Made by a program: the position numbers and the translations under genes. The notes under the pieces are model-generated. The model did not search any database. It saw nothing but the letters and a program-made list of their open reading frames with translations, and was not told where the DNA came from. Positions 1 through 14,460 of a stretch of 64,000 nucleotides of DNA are shown here, piece after piece; positions within the stretch are counted from its first letter, which is position 1, and each line of letters begins with the position of its first letter. The DNA comes from Octopus vulgaris. Its lineage: Eukaryota. The DNA is taken from contig OX597825.1 in the NCBI GenBank assembly GCA_951406725.2, positions 71,486,001-71,550,000 on the forward strand, read 5' to 3'.

Positions 1-53
1 GTACCTCATTTCTTCTAATATATAATATCTGTACATCATCTCCAAACCTTCTA

Positions 54-101
<48 letters not shown>

Positions 102-393
102 ATCATTCATACACAAAGATGTATAGAGAATTGTAGAACCTTAAAACAAAGATATTTGCATAGTGAGCTGTGTTAATGGCATCTCTCATGCATGGGGAAC
201 AATGGTTAGAGAATTATGCAGTAGTAGTTGTAAAAGTAACAATATTAGGAGTTCTGTTAGTTCAAACTGACGATGTGAGCTCACAATATTCTTTTGCTTT
301 GTTAGCTCAGTGTTTTGTAACTTTCTGTTTGTGTTGCTGTGACTTCGTTTCGTTCTTATAGATTCTGTAAAGTTGCTAGCTGAGGACATTTAA

Positions 394-612
394 CCCTTTA
401 GTGTTCAGATTATTCTATCAAACATAATGCTTATTGATTCCCATTGATTTGAATTAATCATGCATTTTCTCATATCTTCAAGATCTTGATGGTGTAATTA
501 CTTAATGTAGAATAACATTGTAGGGTAGGTGTGAGGGCCTGGATCTGATCAGTTTGAACATAAAACAGATTAACTATTTTGGCCGGATATGGCCGGTTTA
601 AATACTAAAGGG
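394..612. mobile_element. piggyBac-type MITE, second family
   Basis: TTAA TSD and TIR CCCTTTAGT / ACTAAAGGG; relatives at about 19475-19692, 44825-45005 and 54408-54618. Confidence 0.75.
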
Positions 613-977
613 TTAAGTGAAGTAATAAGAAGCTTAGAAACTTAAGTACATAACGAGCAACCAATCAATATCATTATCTCATGCAACATTTGGTATTTTC
701 ATCTCATGCAACATTTGGTATTTTCATCTCATGCAAGAGTGATAAAAAAAAAATTAAAAAACAAAAATAACAACAAAAACAAACAAAAAAGACCCGGAAC
801 TGCTCAAAACATTTTGTAATTAGAGATATATCAATATCCTTCAAAGGGATATTAAATCTATAAAGTAGAAAATTAAAAATGTGACCTGTGGCTTTCATGA
901 TTTTCCACAACGGGTATTAGTAACACTAATGGAATAAAAATAACCAGAATACAATGAAAACTGAATGATGGACTTAC

Positions 978-1014
978 TTTTTCGTGAGTTTATCCTACCT
1001 TCTAGGTTACGATA
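978..1014 (-). CDS. Candidate 37-nt exon (YRNLEGRINSRK), only phase 0 open
   Basis: tattttctgtttatag|TATCGT...CGAAAAA|gtaagt: good acceptor and a perfect donor. Its connection to the other exons is not established. Confidence 0.4.
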
Positions 1015-3659
1015 CTATAAACAGAAAATATGCCTACAAGGGAACATTGTTCTTCCATTCTGAATGTAAGATATTTAGTCCCCATTTTAAAGAAAAGAAG
1101 GCACTTTTTTTAATGATAGGTAGATAGACAGATTGACTGATTAATTGATAGATAAAGGATAGATTTGCTTACTACACTGAGTGGACCAAAGAATTACAGA
1201 GAAGCACTTTCATTGGTTCATATATTTATTATTATTATTTTAAATATCACACGTTTCAAAAGATTGTTTCTTTTGGAAATTACATACAGTGTTAAGTAGG
1301 AAAAATAAAGAAGGAAAAATTCAAGTAAACCAGTTGAATTCTGGGAAAGAAAGAAAAACCAAGATTTCAAATTTTTATATATTTTAATACAAGGATTGAT
1401 AGAGCACCAAATTAAATGAAATATTTTTTAACACCACATGAAAATTAATTTTGTTCGTTTGCACTAATGATAGACAACAGCTGTTAATGTGATTGTCGTT
1501 GAAGGCTCTTGTTTTTTTTTCTCTTTTTGGATTGATAATGTGATCACTGAAATTCAAAGAAGGTTAACTGCAACATGTTACCATAAAAGATTGCATGGAA
1601 TTTGTAACTATACTAGGAGTAGTTATAGAAGTGCTAATTACATTACACATGTCAGACTATCATTTACCTGAACTACACAGATTTATAAATGTCTATCCTT
1701 CCTTTCAGACTTTTTAAGTTTTAATCTAATTAATTTGTTCATGGATATTGCATAGTTAAATACTCCCAGAAAGACTAGGCACTCCAAACCTTTCCAGGGC
1801 TGATAAAAAAAAAGTAATGCTTAATTTAGTGCTTGACTTGGAGATGTAATGATATTTTTTTATGACGCAGATACCTGTGGTACTATATCCACCTGGCATT
1901 CTGAATAACATAACGTAATCATCATTTTCAACCCTTGGACCTCATTGTCTTGTTTTCTAGGACTCCTAGCGCTGGCTATCTGGTTTTTGTTGTATATAAA
2001 GTGACTGAGATCACAACATTCCCCCTGAACAAGAATCAAATCTATCACAGGGTTACCCATTTACAGCCGATGGGACTGAATCTATGTGAAATGAAGTGTT
2101 TTGCTCAACAACAGATGCACCAGCTGATCTGCGAATTTAATACCACAATCTTGTGATCCAGAGTGCAACACCTTAACAAATAAGCCATGCATCTTTCATG
2201 TAACATATTCATAATACAATATCTATGATTTACTGTATTTATGCTGTCAAGAATGACAAGGGGAGTGTCTATGAAAAATCAACAACAAATACCACAGGGC
2301 ACTTTTGTCTGAAAGCATCAGTTCCTCACTTTTTTCAAACCAATGTACATTGGTGAAAGTTGTACATGCATACACATGATTAATTTACTTTACATACATG
2401 TTTTTCATGCTGGCTTGGGTTAGATGAGTGCATATCCTCATATTTGAAAGAGCAGGGCAGGTGGATGATTTGTTAACAGGGAAATGCCAACAAACATTAC
2501 CATTTGTAGGTAGCTCAGGGCTTTTTTCACACAGACCAACACATGTCCACATGGATATTGCACAGCTTTATACAGTTTCTGTCTACCAATTTTAGTTACA
2601 AAGCATTGGTTAGCTCAGGAATATAGAAGACACTTGCCCAAGTTGTTGCACAGTAGGACAGAACCTGAAACCTCATGGTTCAGAAGCTAACTTTTTAAAT
2701 ACAGTCATGACTTTGCACATACATGCAGATAAGATGTGCAACAATAGAAGATATTTGTCCAAAGTACTGTACTGTGGGGTCAAACCTGGAATCACATAGT
2801 TATGAAACAAACTTCTTAACCATAGCCATCCATGTGCCCTCTACTTCTCTCAATAGAGTAAGACCAATAACTCACTAATGCATGAATTCTTTCTGCTGTA
2901 GGTAAAGGCTTGAAATTTTTAGGGAAGAGAGCAAGTCAATTACATCAGCCCCAGAGCTCAAATGGTACTTATTTTATCAACACTGAAAGGATGAAAAGCA
3001 ACACTGACTTTGGTGGAATTTGAACTCAAATTAAGAGTTGGAAACAATGCTGCCAAGCATTTTGTCCAGCATGCTAACAAGTCTGTTCATTCCCTGCCTT
3101 AAGAAGACAGCTAATTAATAAACAAATATAATGAGCATAATTTTTTAATTTTTTATTAAAAAATTTTATTTTTACATATTAAGCTCAAGAGTAGGAAGAT
3201 GCAATGTTTATGAATTTTCTAGGATTTTTATAGACTGGGAGATAAAGTTATGTCGATACAGTGCTGTCATAAAACATAGGTACACAGGGTAGTTGCCCAT
3301 GGGCCCCTTAAGTCTAATACTAACCTATCTAGCTGTGTTTGTGTACATAGGGGTTCTAGCATATGGCTTTGTCTAGTGGCCTCTAATGACGTGGAGGTGG
3401 CCTGGGATGAATATGGTGAGCCGAATGGCTATTGTGCATTGTGAACTGTTATAGGTTTGTGGTATGAAAGAAAATATAACATATAAAGGAGTTTTAATAT
3501 GATTGATTACAATTGTTCACAGTCCAAGAAAGGAAAAAAAAACTCCACCATTTTAGATTTAGATTTTCTTAGAATACATTCAGAAGGCACCAAATTGATA
3601 GTAAAATACCAAATTTCAGTATCAGATGCTGATAACAACAACAATAACAACAACAACAA

Positions 3660-4490
3660 CGTTTCCAAAATTTGGCACAAGACCACCAATTTTGAGTGTA
3701 GGTGGAGTGTTAAGAAATACCATTTACCCAAGAATTTGGCTGGTACTTTACTTTATCAACCTCAAAAGGATGAAAGGCAAAGCTGATCTCTGTGGTATTT
3801 GAGCTTAGAAGAAATGCAACGAAACATTTTGTCCAGTGCAGTAGTGATTCTGCCAGCTTACTACCCTAATAATAATAATAATGATAATAATAAGAATTCT
3901 TTCTACTATAGGCACAAGGGCCTGAATTTTTGGTGAAAGGGCTAGTTGGCTACATTGACTCCAGTCCTTGACTAGTCCTTATTTTATTGATCCCAAAACA
4001 ATGAAAAGTAAAGCTGACCTTGGTGGCATTTGAATTCGGAATGTAAAGAGTTGGAAGAAATACAGCAAAGCATATTTTGCCAGTGCCCTAATGATTTTAC
4101 CAACCCATTACCCTTCATATCAGTTACAATGATTTCTGATTTAAGCACAAGGCCATTGATTTTGATGGGAAGAGCTTAGTTGGCTGGTGGTACCTTTTCT
4201 TATCAGCCCTAGAATAATATGACGCAAATTTGATCCAGGCTGGATTTGAACTATGAACACAAAGACCAACAGCCTATAGTTGTTTGTAATTTAGGTGTAA
4301 ACCCCAAAAATTTAAACACGAGGGATTAGATGAATATCTCAAGCCAAGTATTTGACGAGTGCTTTATTTAAATGAATCCATAAAAACAAAAGGCAAATTT
4401 AACTTTGGCAGGAATTGAACTCAAAATATAAACAGCAGGGCCAAGGCATTATTTTGTTCAAAAGCTCGAACAATTCAACTTATAATGACA
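3660..4490 (-). mobile_element. Array of decayed SINE family B copies
   Basis: Same motifs. Other clusters at about 2885-3100, 18657-18972, 22745-23425, 24390-24815, 41468-41695 and 49860-50236. Confidence 0.75.
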
Positions 4491-5412
4491 GTATTGATAT
4501 TTAGACAGTTTATCCATTGCCTTTTTAATTCTTTATGAAAATAAATTAGAAGACATGAAATTTTTGAATAGAAAACTCGTCAGAGAAGTGAAATAAAAAA
4601 GAGAAAAAGTATGAAACCATATTCAGTTTTGTATACAAACAGATTTAAGTATATTTGTATATGTTTCCAAATGTAGGTAAAGGAATTGATATATGGAAGC
4701 AAGAATGCCTGAATATATAGGAAGGAAGAGGAAAAAATTCCATCTTTGCAGATGAACTTGGAATGTAAAAGGGAGATAACAAAATACCACAAAACAAATT
4801 TGTTTGTTGTTCAACAATATTGGCATCCATCATTTTATTTTATAATTATATAAAAATGACAATAAAATGACTTAAAAAACCAAATGTATGTATAGATGAA
4901 ATAATCATGTGACTGAGATTCCAGCCTAACAAACAATAAAAAAGAAAAGAATAAAGTTGAAATTAAATAAAAACTAGATGATTTATTACACTGTTTTACA
5001 GCATGTTGGAATGATGTAATCATAACTGACTGGTTGGATTATATAGACTATTAATAAAAAATTAGGTAAAGTCATAGGCACCCTGTAGTCATAGGTACCC
5101 TAAAGTCATAGGCACACTTGCTCCAGCCCAAACTAAAAAGAACAACAACAAACAACTGAAGCCGAATAAATAAAACGTGAAAACTTGCAAAAGATATTGA
5201 ATGAATTTAGATGTAGTCTATCCATTCTTTTATATAAAAACAACAAAATACAGAAGTCAAAAAAATAGCAGTTAACAAAACAAAACAAAAAAAAAAGAAC
5301 AAATAAAACAAAACCCAAAAAATATTTAGGGGTCTAAAAGAATATTTAGAATTAAGTGCTAAACATTCTTTTGGCCTTGAGAAAAATTTGCATACACAAT
5401 AATAATAGTAAT

Positions 5413-6610
5413 AATCCTTTCTACTTTAGGCACAAGGCCTGAAATTTTAGGGGAGTGGGGCTAGTCAATTACATTGACCAGTGCTTCACTGGTACTTAAT
5501 CTACGGACCCCGAAAGGATGAAAGGCAGAGTTGACCTCGGTGGAATAATAATAATAATGGCTTCATATTTTGACACAAGGCCAGCAATAATAATAATAAT
5601 AATAATAATAATCCCTTCTACAAAAGGCACAAGGCCTGAAATTTTGGGGGAGGAGAGCTAGTTGATTAGATTGAGCCCAGTATGCAACTGGTACTTAATT
5701 TATTGACCCTGAAAGGATGAAAGGCAAAGTCAACCTTAGCAGAATTTGAATTCAGGTCATAAAGACAGACAAAATACCACTAAGCATTAAGTTTGGTATG
5801 CTAACAACACTGCCAGCTTGCCACATTGATAGTCCTTTCTATTATAGGCACAAGGCCAGAAATTTTGGGGAAGGGGGCTAGTCAATTACATTGACCCCCA
5901 GTCCTCAACTGATACTTATTTTCCTGACCCTGAAAAAATCAAAGGCAAAGTCTATCTCCATGGAATTTGAACTCAGTGCATAAAGATGGATGAAATGACA
6001 CTAAGCATTCTGCCAGCTCGCAGCCTTGATATAATACGCTCATTTGGTACTTATTTTACTGACCCTCAAAGGGATGAAAGGCAAAGTCAACCTCAGTGGA
6101 ATTTGAACTCAGAATGTAAAGACCCAGAAGAAATACTGCTAAGTATTTTGCCCGGTGTGCTAAAGATTCCGCCAGCTCACTACCTTGGCATAATAATAAT
6201 AATCCCTTCTGTTGTAGGCACAAGGCCTGAAATTTGTGGGGAGGGGACTAACTGATTACATTGACCCCAGTGCATAACTGGTACTTATTTCATCAACTCT
6301 GAAAGGATGAAAGGCAAAGTTGACCTTGGCGGAATTTGAACTCAGAATGTAAAGACGGGTGAAATACCGCTAAGCATTTTGCATGGCATGCATAATAATA
6401 ATAATGATAATAATAATAATAATTCTTTCTATCTTAAGTATAAGACCTGAAATATCTCGGAACGGGCTAGTCAATTATATTGACCTCAATGTTCAAGGGG
6501 CGGGGTCTTATTTTATTGACGCTGAAAGTATGGAAAGAAATTTGGACCTTTGATGAAATGCTGCTAAAAATTTTACCCAGTGTGCAAATGATTCCACCAA
6601 CTCACTGCCT
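5413..6610 (-). mobile_element. Head-to-tail array of about 6-7 SINE family B copies separated by (AAT)n
   Basis: Repeated AGGCACAAGGCCTGAAATTT..GAAAGGATGAAAGGCAAAGT..GAATTTGAACTCAG units, all in one orientation. Confidence 0.85.
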
Positions 6611-8116
6611 TAATAAAAATAATAACAACAACAGCAACAATAATAAATACCTTATGATAAGAATCAGAATGATTTCCAGAACTGGAGTGGATCAGAAAAC
6701 ATCAAAAGGTGAATAAGTATTTAGGAATCTCTTACAAGAGAATTAAAAAGAGAGAAAAATAAATAAATAAATAAAGATAGTTGGTTGTGAATATTACTTC
6801 CAATTTATAGACCCAGAATAATACATTCTTATACACATACATGTATGTGTAAGCATCTGTGTGTATAGATGTATACATACACACATACATATAAGTACAA
6901 TTTGGTATTAAGTACAATATGTAATCATTTATTTAGAGCTCCATATGATCTATTTACTGCAAAGTTCTCCCAAAAATCGAGTCTATGTCAATGTGCATGT
7001 AATTCTGTGATGTAGGCACATAAATTGTAATATCCATAGAGAATATATAACAATTATTTAACCAAAGAAAAGAAGCAAGAGAGATTTATTTAATAATCTA
7101 TATTTTTACAATTACTTCAGTGACAATGAGCTAATCACTTCTTCAGGGGAAGAACACCAAGCAAGTAATTTATTTCATGATCTCCTTCTTCCTCTTCTGA
7201 TGATGATGAAATGGTAAGTAAAATAATAGTAAGGGTATGAATCAACCTTGTTTTCCTCTGGTTATATAATCATTACATGCAGATAAACACATAAACATAT
7301 AAATATACATGCTTAGTATAGTGGCTGCTTAGAAGTTTTGTTCACTGAACTGTGGCCATGATAAGGCACAGGTTATAATCAATTTGCACTAAACTCCAGT
7401 ATTTATTTTATAGTCTGGTCTGTTATTGAGCTCAGAAAAATGAAAGGTGAAATAGACCTGAGTACAATTATATTTCAGAAAGAAATATAATAGAACCAAA
7501 TACCATAAGCTACTTCTACAATCCACATGTCATATACGTACATATTTTTTTTGACACTATGTTCTGAGTTCAGTTTCCGCCTAGTATAAATTTACCTTTT
7601 GTCTTTATAGATAAATAAATTAGATGATAGAAATGATTTTCAGATTCTAGAAATTATTTGTATTCTTATCTATTCATCCAACATTTAACATCCATTTTCC
7701 ATGCTGGCATGGATTGGAGAGCATGACAGGATCAGAAAAAAAATGTATTTCTTCTAACATTTTATGTTCCATGTTCCATTCTCTCCAGATTTTTGGCCTT
7801 TCATCTCTCTGGAGTTGATGAAACAAAGTGCCAGATCAAAGGTATCAATAATCTTACACCCTCAAAATTTCTAGCCTGATATGTAAAAGAAGAGGCACTA
7901 ACAGTTCTGTTAATCTACTGACTCAAGCTGGTGGATTAGCAGATTTGTGAATGCCTTTGTCACCTCTACCATAAGTGAAAAAATTTATTTAAAAAATTAA
8001 AAAGTGAAGAAGCTGCAACCAACAGAGAATATCAATAACAGAAAACCTATAGACATATAACTTCATCCTTTGCTTCCTCAAAAGATCAGATACCACACCA
8101 TTCAGACATACATACA

Positions 8117-8152
<36 letters not shown>

Positions 8153-8367
8153 CTATAATGTAATCTAATTTATATTGAAGAACATACTGTATTATAGATC
8201 CACTTTAGCCAATCATACCAATTGGTTTCACAGTGCATATGGATATTAGATAACCGTGTGGTTAAGTAACACCAGATGCTCTTCTATTTAAGAATTTAAG
8301 CCCAAATACATTAGAAAGTACAAATATTAATATCAAAATGTTTCCTTGTGTATTTTGTATGCATACC

Positions 8368-8398
<31 letters not shown>

Positions 8399-8403
<5 letters not shown>

Positions 8404-8754
8404 TTTGTGAAGGTGTCATTAATTCTATTATTATCCAATGTAACTATTTGAAAAACGATAATAACAGAGTCATTGACACAGGCGATAGCAGACCAAAAGT
8501 AGCATTAAATAGCCGAGGGATTAAAATTAATCAAAGGACATACTAAGTATGTCTACCTGCTTGAAATAACTGTCAAAAACTCTCATTAAATCACCAAAAA
8601 ATACACTGATAAAAAACTACAGAAATCAAACGAAGGCAAAATCAGGTTAAGACAATCTACTAGCATACATTTAAGTATTTGGCGATTTAATGAGAGTTTT
8701 TGACTGTTATTTCAAGCAGGTAGACATACTTGGTATGTCCTTTGATTAATTTTA

Positions 8755-8757
<3 letters not shown>
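8399..8757. mobile_element. (TA)n-embedded insert with terminal foldback (~78-bp arms)
   Basis: Arms 8520-8597 and 8678-8756 are reverse complements with few mismatches; (TA)n on both sides. Confidence 0.7.
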
Positions 8758-8783
<26 letters not shown>

Positions 8784-8792
<9 letters not shown>

Positions 8793-9063
8793 GTAAGGGT
8801 AGAAATTGATATTAATCAATCAAAACCAGTGGCTTAGCATATTTAAAAATAATTGAAAGATTAAAAATTGTTTTACATACAAAATTTAGAGGACTGACCA
8901 CTAAAAGTGGACAGTCTATATGCTAAACATAGATGTCAAATCGCTGACGATTTTTGCTGAGATTTTTCTTGAGAACACATTCTACGTGGTAATGGCGATT
9001 TGACGTCTATGTTTAGCATATAAGCTGTCCACTTTTAGTGGTCAGTCCTCTAAATTTTGTATA
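8784..9063. mobile_element. (TA)n-embedded insert with terminal foldback (~69-bp arms)
   Basis: Arms 8876-8944 and 8995-9063 are reverse complements; (TA)n on both sides. Confidence 0.7.
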
Positions 9064-9269
9064 TATATATAATATATATATATGTGTATATATATATATA
9101 TATATATGCCACTTTCTCAGGATGCACACTGCTGAATGGTTGAAACTGATGGAAGAGGGTGTGTGTGTGTATGTCTTCACACACACACACACACACGCAC
9201 ACACACACACACACACACACAGTGACAGACACACACCCACATAAAACACTTAATTTTCATAAAGTTAAG

Positions 9270-9572
9270 TTAAAGTATTACATGATGAGCAATATTATTA
9301 TTAGTATTGTTATTGCTGTTGTTAATGTTCGTCAGGCTATTACTGTTTACTCCCTTCGCATTCGGATTTTCTTTGTTACTTTCATGCACAATATTAGCTG
9401 GTGGAGCAGGGGCGACACTCTGGGTTTTGTTAGACCCATCAAGCACTGCAATGGCACCCTGGTTAGGTGGTATTAATACATTCAGTTGGTTGTTTCTGTC
9501 GTTGTTAGCTGCAGGCACTAAGTTCACATTGGCGCCGGCGGCTTTTAGAGAGCCCACTGCGTTGTTCTGATT
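9270..9572 (-). CDS. Probable terminal coding exon (NQNNAVGSLKAAGANV...NNNIAHHVIL*); alternative acceptor at 9591
   Basis: Long T tract at 9610-9660; acceptors cctacag|ACA (9591) and ctttcag|AAT (9572); 100 open codons with the same N/Q/P/A-rich composition as the upstream exons; TAA ends at 9270. Confidence 0.75.
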   Translation of the reverse strand, partial: NQNNAVGSLKAAGANVNLVPAANNDRNNQLNVLIPPNQGAIAVLDGSNKTQSVAPAPPANIVHESNKENPNAKGVNSNSLTNINNSNNNTNNNIAHHVIL

Positions 9573-9951
9573 CTGAAAGAACATCCAATGTCTGTAGGTC
9601 ATGTTTGGCAGAAAAAAAGAAAAAAAAAAAAAAAGAAAACGAAAAGCAACAAAAGAGAAAAGCAAGAACTTATATGTTCAAAAACAAAACAAAACAAAAA
9701 AAAAAAGCAGAGAATAAGACAAGTTCTGAATGAAATCACAATATGTGTTTTTGAAGACAAAAAAAAGAAAAACAGGAAACTAGAAACTAAATAAAAAGAA
9801 AAGGTAAAGGTAAAAAAATAAGGGAAAGCAATAAGTCCACTACCCAGTGCAAATGTGAAGGGAAGTCCTAGTTGATACAAAACTGTAAATTAGTAGAAGG
9901 GGCAATATAGTTCTGGGTCCGTTCTAGCTTATCATATCTCTTACTAGTATA

Positions 9952-10180
9952 TATATTTCTTTACTACCCACAAGGGGCTAAACAGAGAGGACAAACAAGG
10001 ACAGACAAAGGGATTAAGTCGATTGCATCGACCCCAGTGCGTAACTGGTACTTAATATATCGACCCCGAAAGGATGAAAGGTAAAGTCGACCTCGGCGGA
10101 ATTTGAACTCAGAACGTAACGTTAGACGAAATACGGCTACGCATTTCGCCCGGCGTGCTAACGATTCTGCCAGCTCACCG
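9952..10180 (-). mobile_element. tRNA-head SINE family B (Meta-domain-like), intact, 15-bp TSD
   Basis: Domain CCTTTCATCCTTTCGGGGTCGAT..TAAGTACCAG; TSD TCTCTTACTAGTATA at 9937-9951 and 10181-10195. Confidence 0.9.
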
Positions 10181-11404
10181 TCTCTTACTAGTATAATAAC
10201 CTTTGTTCCTCCCTCAGAGGTGATTGGTCTTATACCTCCACACACAGAAGCACTGTATTTTCACCTATTGTCACCCTTGTTGCATACACCCCACTCCAAT
10301 CCTTGGCCCTGCATTAACCACTATGCCGAGACACCTTCCTCCCAAGAACATCATCCCTCTAGAATCTCATCTCTTTATTCATGTCTTTCCTGCAGGTATC
10401 AGCTTGCAGCAGCTCGAATAAAGGAACATAAAACAGTGACAGGTTTACCAATTTCGGAGGATCTACAAAGGTCAATGCTACTTCCTCTTCCTTCAGACCC
10501 AGTAAAAAATTAAGAAAGTGAGGTTAGCATGGCTACTGGTCATTTTATCAATTTTTTTTTACCTCCTGAGACTGGAGGAAAGGGCAGTGTCCATGACCCT
10601 CTGCAGACCTTCTGAAACAGGAGAGATTGGTGCTGTTCACCTTGTTTTGTTTAAACTATAGCAGGTCAATAACAACAGGAAAGACATGAAGAAAGGAACA
10701 GGAAGAGATTATTAGAAGGATGAAAATATGTGGAGGAAGGAATGGATACAGTACTGTGGTGTTAGGAAATTGATGGACACAAAGATAAAGAGACGCTGGA
10801 AGTGAAAGTAAAAAATGAGAAAACAGAGGGAAGCACCAGAGGGGAAAAATGAATTCTAAATGAACTGAAATCCAGAGGCAAAAAACACTGAGGAAAGTAA
10901 TCTTTATTATGGGTTTAGGATGAGAGGGGTGCATAAAGTGCATTTTAGACAAACAACTTTAGAAGAGAAGGGGTTGTGGAAGACACGACAGTAAAATAAG
11001 AAGAGAAGACTGAAATTAGAAGAATTTTACTAGAGAGAGAGAGAGAAAGAGAAGGTGGGGTTCTTAATGATAATGGTGATTGAAAATTTGGTTATGGTGA
11101 AGGGGACATTTTTTTTTTATATATGGATATATGATCAAGAATAGTGGTTCCTAAACCTGGTGACAGCTTCCCTGAATGTGTGTTATGAGCTTGCAAAGAG
11201 GGAGTATGGGAGGTGGGTGTTTGTTTAGAGGTTTGGTTCAGAAGCTTCTCAGAAATAAAATATGTAAAGCTGTAAACTAGGTACAGCACATGATATTCTA
11301 AACACATTGAAAAGGTTATTGCATTATAGGTGAATGGAAACCTGACAGACGGTGCACCAAGGTCCAATATTACATTATGTAAGGCCTCATTTTCATTAGT
11401 AATT

Positions 11405-11807
11405 TCTTTACTCTTTTACTTGTTTCAGTCATTTGACTGTGGTCATGCTGGAGCACCGCCTTTAGTCGAGTAAATTGATCCCACGACTTATTCTTTGGAA
11501 GCCCAGTACTTATTCTATCGGTCTCTTTTGCCAAACCGCTAAGTTATGGGGGAGGTAAACACACCAGCATCAGTTGTCAAGCGATGTTGGGGGGACAAAC
11601 ACAGACACATAAACATACACATACATGTATACATATACATATATATACGATGGGCTTCTTTCAGTTTCCATCTACCAAATCCACTTACAAGGCTTTGGTC
11701 AGCCCAAGGCTATAGTAGAAGACACCCAAGGTGTCACGCAGTGGGACTGAACCCAGAACTATGTGGTTGGTAAGCAAGCTACTTACCACACAGCCACTCC
11801 TACGCCT
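11405..11807 (-). mobile_element. SINE family A, full length; a partial + copy follows head-to-head at about 11830-12060
   Basis: Same diagnostic motifs. Confidence 0.9.
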
Positions 11808-12395
11808 TTTAAAAACTTTTCACACAAAGCAGAGGTGTGGCTGTATGGTAAGAAGCTTGCTTCCCAACCACATGGTTCCAGGTTCAGTCCTGCTGCATGG
11901 CATCTTGGGTAAGTGTTTCCTACTATGACTTCAGGTTGACCAAATCCTTGTGAGTAAATTTAGTAAACAGAAAATGAATGGAGCCCATAGTTATAAATAT
12001 GCTTGTGTGTGTGTGTGTGTGCATGTGTATATGTGTGTGTGTGTGTGCACATGCGCATATGTGTCTGATGTACCCTGGGTATTTGAGCAACTATTCTAGA
12101 GTAGAGTAAGATGTATTTCTACTTTTGATAAGCTTATCACTTGTCGATGACTTAGGTAAGTATTTCCTGGCTTGAGGAATGAAAACCCAGTCTTTGAGAA
12201 GCAGCAATGTTAGTAATATGAAAGAAGCACAGTTGTCAGAAACCTATAATTCCATTCCAATGCACCATATCTTCTTGGCTACTTTACATCAATAAACTAT
12301 TTTGCTAAATGACGACGACAATGATGATGCTTCAAAATGTTGCACAGTTCTTTGTGTAAAAATCATGTTGATCTGTTATTGATCCACCTGTAATA

Positions 12396-12437
<42 letters not shown>

Positions 12438-13286
12438 CATAATAATAAAAGAAATTATTATCATCATCATTATTATCGTTATTATTATTATTGTCACTAT
12501 TATTATTACTTCATAGCATGCAAGTCTTACTGTATAATTTATAGTGTTTTACCCTTAGTATTTATCATAATCAATTATGGTACTTAGAAATGTATTGAAC
12601 TCATCTTAATGTATTGAAATTTCGTTGTACTACTCTTCAGATCTTTTTGATTTCCTTAAGTGTTTCTTGCATGCCACTTTTAAATCATTCATTAAATACG
12701 ATCAATAAAAAAAAACATTTTGTTGCAATGGGTTAGACATGCCTAAGCCATAGTCCCCCAAAGTTTTCTTTCAAAACAAAAAAAAAACAAGATCTTAAAC
12801 TGATAATGAATAGTGTCATGAAAGCTAGGTAAATTTGAGACTCCCAAAATCAATGCTGCAACAAGTTAGTGATCTATTCAAAACATTCAAGCTTATACTT
12901 GAACCAAAAGGAATTTGGGCCACAGTATAATAGATTTTACTCTTAAAAAAAATCACTAATAAGTTGTTTAAGAAGCAGGTATTTGGTTTAGCTGCTGAAG
13001 TATCATCAATGAGTCACAGCTCTCTCCAACAAGAAAATCAACAATCTAAATATCCACTTAGGTCAGTCACTGATAATCATTGTCCATCGCATGAAATATA
13101 GACTGGTAAGTGGCTTGAATGATTATTGACAATAATTTCATTCTACAAGACTACTTCTTATGACAACAAGGATATTGTACATAGATACAATTAAGTTGTA
13201 ATTATACGCTGATTAGACAACAGTTCATCTGATCATGAGTTTAAATCCTGTTTGTTATACACACACACACACACAGAGAGAAGCAA

Positions 13287-13319
<33 letters not shown>

Positions 13320-14460
13320 GGACATATACCCTTATACTACACCCAACCTCTATCAAGGGGTCTTGTCTTGCAGGCTATTTGAGGACCCCACTAGAGCCAA
13401 TGACATGGAAAAGCACCCAGTGCACTCTGTAAAGTGTCCGGCATAAGGAAAGGCATCCAGCCACTGAAACCATGTTAAAACTGACACTGGAGCTCAACAC
13501 TGTCCTCTGACCAGTCAAATCCTGTCAAATTCTCCAACCCATGCCAGCATGACGTGTGTCTGGATGAGGCACATAACATCGCTTGTTTCATATTTGATGT
13601 CAGAGGTAGAGCTAGTGATCGCACAATGTTAAATGTTTGATAGGAGGAGAAAAATGTCAGTGATATTGAAAATGAGAACTTTGTTACATTTAACGTGATA
13701 CCTCGCACATATCCAGAAATAAGACACTTGATAAAGACCAACGAAAAAGTACAGATGTAAATTGGCCAAGATTTATATGAAGTATGTACAGTATAAAGCA
13801 AAGAAGGGGGGGGGGGGTGTTGGTAAATTCAGAGGATTAATAAATACTGAAGAAAGACAAGTTGAAAATGGTTTGTTGCAGGTGCAATATGTGCAGGGGA
13901 GTTGAACAAGCAATGAGGTATAAAATATGAAGTGAGTCAATACAACCTGGGAGAAAGATGTGGTGTGGAAAAGTAATGGAATGAGGTAAAACCGAGGAAG
14001 GAATTGTGAGATCAAAACTGATATATTAGACTCTACAAGTAAAATGTCAGAGATTAAAGAATATGGAAATACAATAGTTCAGACTTAATTTAGATATCAG
14101 GGGAGGGAAAAAAACAACAATAACACGAAAATTAAAGCAATCATACATATTAAAATGATGGTAATAATTATCAATTATAGTTTTTTTTCCTAATTTAGTC
14201 ATGCAACTATTTCTGACATTTTTTCCAATCACAAACATTTATTACAATGAGTAACAAAACTGCAAATTTTATATCAACTTAATTATATGCAAATTTTATA
14301 TCAACTTAATTATTTGCAAAGTAAAACAATAGAATATGATAAAACTAGTAATGGTCTGTGTTGATAATTATTAGACATAAAAAAAATATGATGTTTTAGG
14401 CAGGACTCCGTTGGCAAAAAGTTCTGCCTTAAAATCAAAAACTTCTCTTTTTCACATTAA

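Noticed and set aside
677-735. 25-bp tandem duplication (also 17-bp x3 at 5071-5118 and a ~28-bp duplication near 14260-14320)
   Set aside because: Ordinary local slippage duplications with no further structure.
5413-6610. CRISPR-like repeat-spacer array
   Set aside because: The units are ~200-bp decayed SINEs in eukaryotic DNA; no constant short repeat and no cas genes.
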